Part shown: piece after piece, positions 1 to 7,389 of the stretch | Position numbering within the stretch: position 1 is the first letter of the stretch | Layout: every line of letters begins with the position of its first letter | IMG/VR virus record: IMGVR_UViG_3300002488_000008 | Location: 1-55,469 of that record | Length of the DNA stretch: 55,469 nt | Reading direction: 5' to 3' (one strand) | Source: a virus | Taxonomy: Duplodnaviria; Caudoviricetes | Translations under genes and position numbers: made by a program | Notes under the pieces: model-generated | What the model was told of the DNA's origin: nothing | The model's database searches: none | Seen by the model: the letters and a program-made list of their open reading frames with translations, nothing else

Positions 1-2
1 CA

Positions 3-80
3 CAATCTAATATTAATACAAAAGCCGAGTGTTCTCCGGCTGTTATTTCTTCGTTGAAGAAAACTAAAGCAGAACTGTAA
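3..80 (+). CDS. Possible 3' end of an upstream gene (partial)
   Basis: Open frame QSNINTKAECSPAVISSLKKTKAEL* ends at TAA 78-80, just before a terminator-like hairpin. Too short to be sure. Confidence 0.3.
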   Translation, partial: QSNINTKAECSPAVISSLKKTKAEL

Positions 81-85
81 GCATA

Positions 86-149
86 ACCCCCTGTAGGGTC
101 TATCGTTAGTTAACGGTAGGCTCTGCGGGGTCTTTTTTTTATTTTTTTT
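86..149 (+). terminator. Stem-loop plus long U-tract, terminator-like
   Basis: ccctgtagggtctatcgtta / taacggtaggctctgcgggg pair over about 20 bp, and every non-Watson-Crick position is G-U. T-runs follow at 133-149. Confidence 0.7.
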
Positions 150-600
150 AGCCCCTCTCCTCCCAAGATAGCCCCAAAGTGTAATCTACAACCATATGGC
201 TTTGCTTTTTAAAAATTTTTTTTTATTTTTTTATTGTTTATGTTTTTTAGCACGAAAAATTTTTTATTTTTATTAATTAGCATGATTTTTTAATTATTTT
301 AAGCGTTTTAACACGTTAAATAAGTTAAAAGATAAAAAAACGCTGGCTTATATTAAAGAGCCGCCTTTATTAATTAAAGCATACAACACAAAGCACATAA
401 AAATCGAAGATTTTTTGTGCGTGATAATAAATGCTAATAACTACAACGCTTATTGTGGGAATAGGCAGTTAAGAAAAAAAAAATCGCCGCTAGTGGTAAA
501 AAAATTCCACCACATTTTTTGAAAAATAAAAGGGTATAATTATTTTACCGCATCAATTACCTTTTAGGCTAGATTATATTCGGCTTTATTGTAATTCTTG
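150..600. other. AT-rich non-coding region with homopolymer runs and inverted repeats
   Basis: No credible ORF. T-runs switch to A-runs near 320. Inverted repeats at 302-344 and 393-420. Confidence 0.6.
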
Positions 601-612
601 GGGTTGGCATTT

Positions 613-774
613 GTGTCTTGGTTTAATTTACTTAAAAAAGACAACGTAGATGACGCTATTGATGAATTAGAGGAGATAAGTGAAGAATTTGACTTGTCTG
701 AACATGATTGGTCTTCAGTGGATGACGCTTCTGACTATCTTTTTGAGCATAAAGTGAAGGATGAAGAAGAATGA
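613..774 (+). CDS. Small acidic protein (53 aa) with MSW tag (MSWFNLLKK); not in ORF track
   Basis: GTG start after ggggttgg. Translates MSWFNLLKKDNVDDAIDELEEISEEF...EEE*. Its stop overlaps the next ATG (ATGA). Confidence 0.75.
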   Translation: MSWFNLLKKDNVDDAIDELEEISEEFDLSEHDWSSVDDASDYLFEHKVKDEEE

Positions 775-908
775 AGAGTAAAAAGCAAGTTTTAGTTGAC
801 GATTTATGGAAAGTATTAGCGGCTAACGTGTATTCTTTGTCTGAAGCCCAATTACGTGACTTAAAATATTACGTTTTAGAACAATCTAAGCAGATAAAGG
901 GGAGATAG
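771..908 (+). CDS. Small hypothetical protein (45 aa); not in ORF track
   Basis: MKSKKQVLVDDLWKVLAANVYSLSEAQLRDLKYYVLEQSKQIKGR* fills the gap exactly: ATGA overlap upstream, stop abuts ATG 909. Confidence 0.6.
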   Translation: MKSKKQVLVDDLWKVLAANVYSLSEAQLRDLKYYVLEQSKQIKGR

Positions 909-1214
909 ATGATGAATTGGCAAAATATTCTTTTAAAGCGTAATCCCTTTCTAGATAAGTGGACACGTTATTGTAAAGAATGTGCTAAAAAAGGATTATT
1001 CCTCGCATCAGGTAAAGACCCTCACTTATCGGCGGCAAATGAAGACTATTGTTATAGATGTAAAAAGAATACAGAATCGGGTTATACTAAGAATGATGAG
1101 ATTATCATTTTTGATAGGAAAGGACAACAAGGTGTAGAGAGGCAAAAGAAATATGACGAAGAAAGGTCTAAAAGGTTAGGTTCACTAAGAGAGTTCGATA
1201 CTGGCGAGAGGTAG
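909..1214 (+). CDS. Zn-ribbon-like protein with MNWQNILLK tag
   Basis: CKEC...CYRC pairs; SD aggggag; tag at N-terminus. Confidence 0.75.
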   Translation: MMNWQNILLKRNPFLDKWTRYCKECAKKGLFLASGKDPHLSAANEDYCYRCKKNTESGYTKNDEIIIFDRKGQQGVERQKKYDEERSKRLGSLREFDTGER

Positions 1215-1219
1215 ATTAA

Positions 1220-1828
1220 ATGAGTTGGTTCACTATAATAAAAAAAGACAATAGTGTTGATTATAAAATACCCGATGATGTAAAGATGTTCATGGCTGAC
1301 TTAGAAAGTGCAGAGCAAGAAAGTGAGTCTATTAAAGACCAAGTAGAACAAGCCGAATATCATAAACAAGAGGATGATTTAGAGGACTTAAAAGAAGAAG
1401 AATATGAATTACAGGCGGAAGTTTCTGAGTTAGGAGACAAATTAAAATCTCTTATAGATAAGTATAAGATAAAAGATATGGATTGGGCTGTTGAAGAACT
1501 AAAAGATTTTTCTCCAATATATTATCCGTTTAAATCCGGTGAGTCGGTTAATTATTTTCAAATAAATGATTCTTTAAAAGACAATTTTTATGTTGACCCT
1601 TATGAGGATAAAACTCCAAAAAGAGGAAATAAAAATAAGAAAATTGTTGCAAGACTAAATAGTTTTCAAAATCAACATTATGAGCAGTATGGTACTCCCG
1701 AAGAGAACCAAGATTTACACGAATTTATCAGTGCAGTTAGTAATGGTGATGTTAGCAACTTACGGAATAGATTTCCTTTTGCACATTTAGTTTTTGATGA
1801 AGCAGGTTTATTAGGTGATTTAGAATGA
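1220..1828 (+). CDS. Acidic coiled-coil hypothetical protein with MSWFTIIKK tag
   Basis: 202 aa ORF; SD gaggt; ATGA coupling to the next gene. Confidence 0.8.
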   Translation: MSWFTIIKKDNSVDYKIPDDVKMFMADLESAEQESESIKDQVEQAEYHKQEDDLEDLKEEEYELQAEVSELGDKLKSLIDKYKIKDMDWAVEELKDFSPIYYPFKSGESVNYFQINDSLKDNFYVDPYEDKTPKRGNKNKKIVARLNSFQNQHYEQYGTPEENQDLHEFISAVSNGDVSNLRNRFPFAHLVFDEAGLLGDLE

Positions 1829-2190
1829 GTTGGCAAGATATACTAAAAGGAAAATCCTATGGGCATAACTTGGAATTATCTTATGAGAATTCAATGTTTC
1901 TTACTAATTATTCAACTGACTCAACAGAAATTAACCCTATAACAGGAGACAAATTTGCTCTCGGTGAACCTGCTATTCCTAAAAGCGAATATCATGCGGC
2001 AAAAGTTCTACTCTATGTAATACAATTAGAAGAGGGAGAAGCAAAGGCTAAATCTAAACTTGCCTATTTACGAGATTCAGGTAATATTCCATATGATTAT
2101 GTTATGGATAAATACGATAGTGGAGAATACACTGTTAACCCTAAAAAATTACCAAACGGTGAAAAAATTGATTGGGATAGAGTTGAGTGA
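1825..2190 (+). CDS. Hypothetical protein with MSWQDILK tag
   Basis: 121 aa ORF; SD aggtga. Confidence 0.8.
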   Translation: MSWQDILKGKSYGHNLELSYENSMFLTNYSTDSTEINPITGDKFALGEPAIPKSEYHAAKVLLYVIQLEEGEAKAKSKLAYLRDSGNIPYDYVMDKYDSGEYTVNPKKLPNGEKIDWDRVE

Positions 2191-2195
2191 TTAAA

Positions 2196-2372
2196 ATGAG
2201 TTGGAAAGATATAATAAAAAATAAAAAAGATAAATGCCCTAAGTGTGGTACTCCATATAAATATCCTTCTCTTCCATTGTGTGCTAAGTGCGGTCATATT
2301 GCTAATGATAAGATGATGAATGAAGAAGACCATGCACAGTTAGAAGAAGAAACAGGTCGTAGTTTTAGGTGA
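2196..2372 (+). CDS. Small Zn-ribbon protein with MSWKDIIK tag
   Basis: CPKC...CAKC. Start moved to ATG 2196 because the GTG at 2187 is part of the gagtga SD. Confidence 0.75.
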   Translation: MSWKDIIKNKKDKCPKCGTPYKYPSLPLCAKCGHIANDKMMNEEDHAQLEEETGRSFR

Positions 2373-2377
2373 GTAAA

Positions 2378-2620
2378 ATGAGTTGGCAAGATATATTAAA
2401 AAACGAAATGGACGTTAAAACTCTAGAAGAAATTGCAACTGAATTAGAGAAGGCAGTTAAAGCACATGCTTCTCAAGCAAAAAGAATTAGAGATATGCTT
2501 GCAAAGACTTCTGCTTCATCTACGCCACAACCGCCAAGTGTAAGACCTCGAACAAGAGGAGATGATTTGTTGATTGCAAGAGCAAAACGTGCTTATGATA
2601 CACAACCAAAAAATAGGTGA
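2378..2620 (+). CDS. Hypothetical protein with MSWQDILK tag
   Basis: SD aggtga, then ATG 2378; 80 aa. Confidence 0.8.
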   Translation: MSWQDILKNEMDVKTLEEIATELEKAVKAHASQAKRIRDMLAKTSASSTPQPPSVRPRTRGDDLLIARAKRAYDTQPKNR

Positions 2621-2625
2621 TTAAT

Positions 2626-2889
2626 ATGAGTTGGTTTGATATAATTAAAAGAAAAAGGCCGGAAGGTAAAGAAGATTACTTAACTGCTATGTCTAGAAGG
2701 ATGGGTAAAAACCGACCAAATAATACAAGATTTAAAACTCATAGTGAAGGTACTATGCGTGAAACATTCAAATGTGATTTATGTGGGAGAAGAATACATG
2801 CGAGAAATAAACACGAAACTAGCCTAAATACTGGAAGTAATTATTGTAAAAAATGTGCTAAATTTAAAGATGCTAGTAGTAGTAGTTAG
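2626..2889 (+). CDS. Basic Zn-ribbon-like protein with MSWFDIIK tag
   Basis: CDLC...CKKC; SD aggtga. Confidence 0.75.
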   Translation: MSWFDIIKRKRPEGKEDYLTAMSRRMGKNRPNNTRFKTHSEGTMRETFKCDLCGRRIHARNKHETSLNTGSNYCKKCAKFKDASSSS

Positions 2890-2898
2890 GTGATTAAT

Positions 2899-3039
2899 AT
2901 GTCTTGGGAAAATATACTAAAAGAAAAATTAGTTTGTCCTATGTGTGGTAAGAAGACTTTTGGCACAGATGTTAGGGCTAAAGGAAAATATAAAAGACAA
3001 CTAAAATGTAGTGAATGTGGACATACCCAAATGATGTGA
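2899..3039 (+). CDS. 46 aa Zn-ribbon microprotein with MSWENILK tag; not in ORF track
   Basis: MSWENILKEKLVCPMCGKKTFGTDVRAKGKYKRQLKCSECGHTQMM*; SD aggtga. Confidence 0.8.
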   Translation: MSWENILKEKLVCPMCGKKTFGTDVRAKGKYKRQLKCSECGHTQMM

Positions 3040-3044
3040 TTGAT

Positions 3045-3812
3045 ATGAATAAGTATCCTCATCTTTCTAATGTTCTTAATCGAGAGTTTGATGATGTTGC
3101 TAAAAATGAAGCAGAAGAAATAGTTGGTTTAAAATCAATTGTAGATAAGTTACAAGAATTGATAACTATTCAAACAAAGGCGGCCCAAGAAAAAAACGAG
3201 CGGATGAAAGCCGAAGAAGAAAAAGCAAGAGCAATAAGAGAAAAAGAAGAACAAGAAAAAGAAAGGCAAGCAAAAGAAGAACAAGCAATGAAAGATAAGG
3301 AAAAAAGAGAAGAAGAAGAAAGAAAGAAATATGGTGGAAAAACCAAAAAAGAAAAAGATGAGGAAGATGCAGAATACAAAAGAATTAGTCGAGCGGCTAG
3401 AAGAAGAGTTAGAACAATGGGTGGTAAAATACCTAAAACTAATCAACCATCAGTAAATGACCCACCTAAAGAAACTGATGAAGAAAAAGCAAAAAGAGAA
3501 GCAAGAACAAAATTTAAAGGATTACCTAGAGCAGAACAAAAGAGAAGACGTAAAAAAGCCTTAGAGAACAAGATAAATGAAGAAAACCAACGTAAAACGG
3601 AAGATGAAGCAGAAGCAAAACTAGCAGAAGTAGAAAGACAAAGACAACTAGAACTAGAACAAATACAAAGAAGAAGACAACAAAAAGAAGATGAAAAAAG
3701 AAGAAAAAAAGAAGAGTTGCGTAATAAGAAAAATGATGCGAAAAATAGAAAAGAAAAATTTTCAAAATCTGAAGACGATGAATCTAATTGGTTTTCTGCG
3801 GTGAGGGTTTGA
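3045..3812 (+). CDS. Highly charged K/E/R coiled-coil protein with tag-like C-terminus (SNWFSAVRV)
   Basis: 255 aa from ATG 3045, which follows gtgat and avoids overlap with the 2899 ORF. Confidence 0.75.
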   Translation: MNKYPHLSNVLNREFDDVAKNEAEEIVGLKSIVDKLQELITIQTKAAQEKNERMKAEEEKARAIREKEEQEKERQAKEEQAMKDKEKREEEERKKYGGKTKKEKDEEDAEYKRISRAARRRVRTMGGKIPKTNQPSVNDPPKETDEEKAKREARTKFKGLPRAEQKRRRKKALENKINEENQRKTEDEAEAKLAEVERQRQLELEQIQRRRQQKEDEKRRKKEELRNKKNDAKNRKEKFSKSEDDESNWFSAVRV

Positions 3813-3813
3813 A

Positions 3814-3915
3814 ATGAGTAGAGTAATAAAAACTGCATATTCAAGACTCATTAGTGGAACTGTTATTATTCTTAAAGTTGCTAGAATCTTTACAAAAAGA
3901 ACGAGGTTGGTTTAA
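3814..3915 (+). CDS. Putative basic microprotein (33 aa)
   Basis: MSRVIKTAYSRLISGTVIILKVARIFTKRTRLV*; SD gaggg; TAATG overlap with the next ORF. Confidence 0.45.
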   Translation: MSRVIKTAYSRLISGTVIILKVARIFTKRTRLV

Positions 3916-3998
3916 TGCCTAAAGGTTGGATAACTAATAAACCCATGAGAGAAGCATTTCTAAATTGGTTTGGTAAAACGGAAGAGGATTTTGAATGA
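3915..3998 (+). CDS. Putative microprotein (27 aa)
   Basis: MPKGWITNKPMREAFLNWFGKTEEDFE*; SD gaggtt; coupled on both sides (TAATG, ATGA). Confidence 0.5.
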   Translation: MPKGWITNKPMREAFLNWFGKTEEDFE

Positions 3999-4249
3999 GT
4001 TGGAAAGATATAGTAAAACAAGATTCTAAGGTATGGTATTTTGAATTATTAAGTCACATGATGAAATTAAATACAACATACGGAGAGCAATTAGATATAC
4101 TTCAAGACCTACGTGCCATAGCGAAAAGAAATCCAAATGATGTGGAGTTAGATAATGCGATAGAAGATATCTTAATTTTGCAGGATGAGAGTTTTGACGC
4201 AAGTGACCGATTGTTCCAATTAGTAAAGATGAGGGAAAAGTTACAATGA
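3995..4249 (+). CDS. Helical acidic hypothetical protein with MSWKDIVK tag
   Basis: 84 aa ORF with ATGA overlaps. Confidence 0.8.
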   Translation: MSWKDIVKQDSKVWYFELLSHMMKLNTTYGEQLDILQDLRAIAKRNPNDVELDNAIEDILILQDESFDASDRLFQLVKMREKLQ

Positions 4250-4449
4250 GTTGGTTTGAAGTTCTCAAAAAGAAAAAATCTAAGGTAAACTCCGCAGGTA
4301 ATTACACCAAGCCATCTATGCGTAAAAGAATTTTCAATAGGATAAAAGCAGGTAGTAAAGGAGGTGCGGCAGGTCAATGGTCTGCTAGAAAAGCACAGAT
4401 GTTGGCTCTAGCGTATAAGAAAGCAGGTGGTGGATATCGTGACAAATAA
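4246..4449 (+). CDS. Small basic protein (DUF5872-like N-half) with MSWFEVLK tag
   Basis: NYTKP-x-MRK...GSKGG-x-AGQWSARKAQ...YKKAGGGY motif, recognised from memory of marine phage proteins. Confidence 0.75.
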   Translation: MSWFEVLKKKKSKVNSAGNYTKPSMRKRIFNRIKAGSKGGAAGQWSARKAQMLALAYKKAGGGYRDK

Positions 4450-4705
4450 TTGGTTTGAAACATTGAAAGCCAAAACAAAAGGACAACAGGCTTTGACTGA
4501 ATGGACTAATGAAAAGTGGGATTATATTTCTCCTAAGTCTAAAAAGAAAGGAAGGTATGCACCAAAAGCAGTAGCCGATGCAATGACTAGTTCAGAAAAA
4601 GCATATGAAAACCGTAAAAAGAGAGAAGGTACTAGGAAAGGTAAGCAACATGTTCCGAGAGGAAAGTCTGCCAAGAAAAAATACAAGAGGGTTGAAGGAT
4701 TATGA
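4439..4705 (+). CDS. Small basic protein (DUF5872-like C-half) with NNWFETLK tag
   Basis: Q-x-x-L-x-x-WT-x-EKW...GRY-x-P...NR-x-KREG..GKQHV motif. GTG 4439 follows ggtggtgg. Confidence 0.7.
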   Translation: MTNNWFETLKAKTKGQQALTEWTNEKWDYISPKSKKKGRYAPKAVADAMTSSEKAYENRKKREGTRKGKQHVPRGKSAKKKYKRVEGL

Positions 4706-5103
4706 GTTGGCAAATAATATTGAAAGAACTCTCTTGTCCTCTACCAACTCAAGATTTAATGTTAAACACTAAAAATAGAGATGCCGCAGTTAAAAATCCT
4801 AATATTAGATATGGCCCACTAAATCTTAATGATGAAGATTATTGGGAAGACTATGCAAAGAAATGGAATACTACTGCTGAAGTAGCAAAAAAATCTAATT
4901 GTAGTAATTGTATTGCTTTTGATATTTCTCCAAGAATGGATGATTGTATGCCGTTATCTACTGATGATGATGGAAGATTAGGTTATTGTTGGATGCATGA
5001 TTTTAAATGTCATTCAGCAAGAACTTGTTTTACTTGGGCTAAAGGTGGCCCAATTGATGATGATGCTACATCAAAAGAAAATCAAATGAGGCGAGAAAAA
5101 TGA
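4702..5103 (+). CDS. Cys-rich (putative metal-binding) protein with MSWQIILK tag
   Basis: CSNC...GYC..H..KC....TC..W; 133 aa. Confidence 0.75.
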   Translation: MSWQIILKELSCPLPTQDLMLNTKNRDAAVKNPNIRYGPLNLNDEDYWEDYAKKWNTTAEVAKKSNCSNCIAFDISPRMDDCMPLSTDDDGRLGYCWMHDFKCHSARTCFTWAKGGPIDDDATSKENQMRREK

Positions 5104-5474
5104 GTTGGAAAGATATTCTATTGAAAGACACTAGAACTGCAACTAGAAGTGCATATTTGTGGGCTTTTAACGATGACGCAATTTATTTCCCAATAATACA
5201 ATTAATCAAACAAAAAGTAAAGGGGTATCTAGATTGGGGTTGGTCTAGAAAAGAAGTTATTGATGATATTTTAAATGCAATAGCAAAAGAGTTGCCCGAA
5301 ATGATGTCTCAACATAAAGGTTTTATGGATGACTTATTATCTCCCGTTAATGACAGAGATGAAATAGGAGATTCAATATCAGATGTTGATTGGTTAGAGG
5401 TTGCTGAAAATTTTAAGGAAGATATAGAAGAGGCTATGGAATTATATCCTGAAGAGGAGTCGTGGCAAAAATGA
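5100..5474 (+). CDS. Acidic hypothetical protein with MSWKDILLK tag
   Basis: 124 aa with ATGA overlaps on both sides. Confidence 0.8.
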   Translation: MSWKDILLKDTRTATRSAYLWAFNDDAIYFPIIQLIKQKVKGYLDWGWSRKEVIDDILNAIAKELPEMMSQHKGFMDDLLSPVNDRDEIGDSISDVDWLEVAENFKEDIEEAMELYPEEESWQK

Positions 5475-5806
5475 GTGATTGGTTTGATATACTTAAAAGA
5501 AAAAAACACCCTGCATTGAAGAGAGCAGGAGTTAGTGGTTTTAGTAAGCCAAAAAGAACTCCTGACCATAAGAGTAAATCTCACATTGTTGTAGTTAAAG
5601 ATGGTGAAAAAACTAAGACTATTAGGTTCGGTCAAAAGGGAGTTAAAACTAATCAAACTGCCGGACAAAGAAAGGCGTTTAAATCAAGACATTCTAAAAA
5701 TATAAAGAGAGGAAAATTTTCCGGTGCTTATTGGGCTAATAAAGTTAAATGGAGTCCTAAAAAAACAAAAGAAAAGAAAAATAAGAAGTGGAGAAAGGGT
5801 TCGTGA
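5471..5806 (+). CDS. Very basic protein with MSDWFDILK tag
   Basis: KSHIVVVKDG..KTIRFGQKG...FKSRH...AYWANKVKW pattern, common in marine viral proteins; SD gaggag. Confidence 0.75.
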   Translation: MSDWFDILKRKKHPALKRAGVSGFSKPKRTPDHKSKSHIVVVKDGEKTKTIRFGQKGVKTNQTAGQRKAFKSRHSKNIKRGKFSGAYWANKVKWSPKKTKEKKNKKWRKGS

Positions 5807-5856
5807 CAGTTAAGTGGTAATAATCATAAAGTTTATGTTCTAATAGTAGATGAGAG

Positions 5857-6063
5857 TTGATAAGTTTGGACGCTAATTCTGACAACTCTTGGTTTAACAT
5901 ATTAAGAATGTCGGGAGCAGTTACTACTACTTCAGCAGGAACATCACCCCTATTTAATAATAAAGCCATAAGGAGAAAAAAGTATGGCCGCAAAAAAACC
6001 GATAAAGAAAAAACAAATGCGAATAAAAACTACAAGCGGAGCAGTATTAATCGCAGATTATAA
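5857..6063 (+). CDS. Small basic hypothetical protein with SWFNILR tag variant
   Basis: Tag-like motif near the N-terminus. Start uncertain (TTG). Overlaps the next ORF by 80 nt. Confidence 0.5.
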   Translation: MISLDANSDNSWFNILRMSGAVTTTSAGTSPLFNNKAIRRKKYGRKKTDKEKTNANKNYKRSSINRRL

Positions 6064-7144
6064 AGGACTACCTTTTACTCAACTTTATAAAAATTGGAGA
6101 GAGGCTTGTAAAGATGTTACAAAAGAAGACATGTTTATGGAAGTTGCTAACGTTCCTACTTTGTTAGTAGCAATTCAGAAACATGGAGTAATCGCAAGAC
6201 AACGTTATAACAAAGAGTCTCTAGTTAGTCCTAAAAATCCAAATGAAGGTGGCGTAGAAATAATAAGACAATTAGATGCTATTGCTGGTAAACAAAATGA
6301 TTTATCTAAAGACCAATTACCTTTTTTACGAAAATTAGTTGCTGAATTAAAATCTCATACTATTGCGGGTTCTGAAACTAATCCTAGAAACATTGTGTTT
6401 AGTGACCCCATTATAAATGACGATGGATATATTATTGATGATGAAACTGTATATGGGCATTATAGAACAGTGAGATATAGATTATGGAGAAGTAATAAAA
6501 CAGACAAAGAAACTGGTGACTTTGAAGACGTTCCGGTTTGTCCTGAATCATGGTATGATGAAAGTCAAGATACTGCTGAACCCCCTATGTGGCAAGCACT
6601 TTATGCTCCTACAGCAAATAATAACCCATTGAAGTCTAAAGGATTATTACCTATTATGGAAGAATATTTAAAAGCAGTTGAAGATTTAACATATTCAGGA
6701 ACTAGAGAAAACCCACCAAGAATTACTAGTAAAACTATTGCTAAGGATTTATATGAATCATTTCCTAAAGTTAGAGAAGAAGTTGCTTCGTGGGTCAAAG
6801 AAGGAAGTCCTTTTTTGAAAACTGATTTAACTTTATATGGTAAACAAGCATCTGAATCTTTAAGAACTGTTAGAATTGAAGCAAGTACGGCGGAACATGT
6901 AGACCTTTTTGAAGAAATTTTAAAACTTCAAAATATAGATGTAGATAGTATTTACATAAATGTTACACCTCTACAATGTAAAAGAATGGCATTAATGAAT
7001 AAAGATTATGCTAATAGATTAAAGTCTAGAACATATGCACAAAAAGTTGCAGTTAATAGAAGGGCTCAATCTAAAAGGGCTAAAGAGGAAGTAGAAAGAA
7101 GAAGAGCAATGAGTCAAGGTAAAAAATCTAAAAAGAAAAAGTGA
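5984..7144 (+). CDS. Hypothetical protein (386 aa) with basic termini
   Basis: Long ORF; SD aggag; no recognised motif. Confidence 0.8.
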   Translation: MAAKKPIKKKQMRIKTTSGAVLIADYKGLPFTQLYKNWREACKDVTKEDMFMEVANVPTLLVAIQKHGVIARQRYNKESLVSPKNPNEGGVEIIRQLDAIAGKQNDLSKDQLPFLRKLVAELKSHTIAGSETNPRNIVFSDPIINDDGYIIDDETVYGHYRTVRYRLWRSNKTDKETGDFEDVPVCPESWYDESQDTAEPPMWQALYAPTANNNPLKSKGLLPIMEEYLKAVEDLTYSGTRENPPRITSKTIAKDLYESFPKVREEVASWVKEGSPFLKTDLTLYGKQASESLRTVRIEASTAEHVDLFEEILKLQNIDVDSIYINVTPLQCKRMALMNKDYANRLKSRTYAQKVAVNRRAQSKRAKEEVERRRAMSQGKKSKKKK

Positions 7145-7149
7145 GTAAA

Positions 7150-7224
7150 ATGTGTTGTAAAATAGAAAGTAAACAAAATTCTATGACTACTGTTCTTTGT
7201 CCAGTATGCTATAAGGTGATTTAA
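7150..7224 (+). CDS. Putative Cys-rich microprotein (24 aa)
   Basis: MCCKIESKQNSMTTVLCPVCYKVI* fills the gap between neighbours. Confidence 0.35.
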   Translation: MCCKIESKQNSMTTVLCPVCYKVI

Positions 7225-7225
7225 A

Positions 7226-7381
7226 ATGAAATGGTTTGATATAATTAGAAAAGAAGAAGAAGAAGAGATGACTGAAGAATCTCCATCTTCGCCACCGGAA
7301 ATACCTCCGACTGAAGATGAAGAAGAACAAGTAGTTCACTTTGTTGACCCTGCTGACCAAGATGAAATGAATGAAGTTTAG
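7226..7381 (+). CDS. Acidic Pro-rich microprotein (51 aa) with MKWFDIIRK tag; not in ORF track
   Basis: SD aggtga; MKWFDIIRKEEEEEMTEESPSSPPE...NEV*. Confidence 0.75.
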   Translation: MKWFDIIRKEEEEEMTEESPSSPPEIPPTEDEEEQVVHFVDPADQDEMNEV

Positions 7382-7389
7382 GTGATATT

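Noticed and set aside
3015-3812. TolA/IF2-like or other named assignment for the charged protein, and the ATG 3015 start
   Set aside because: Any similarity would be compositional only. The 3015 start overlaps the better-supported 2899-3039 ORF.
1813-5120. Repeated atgagttgg...gatat read as a CRISPR array or integron attC sites
   Set aside because: Spacing is irregular (about 180-1100 nt), the repeats are degenerate and in-frame coding, they are not palindromic, and there is no cas or integrase gene.
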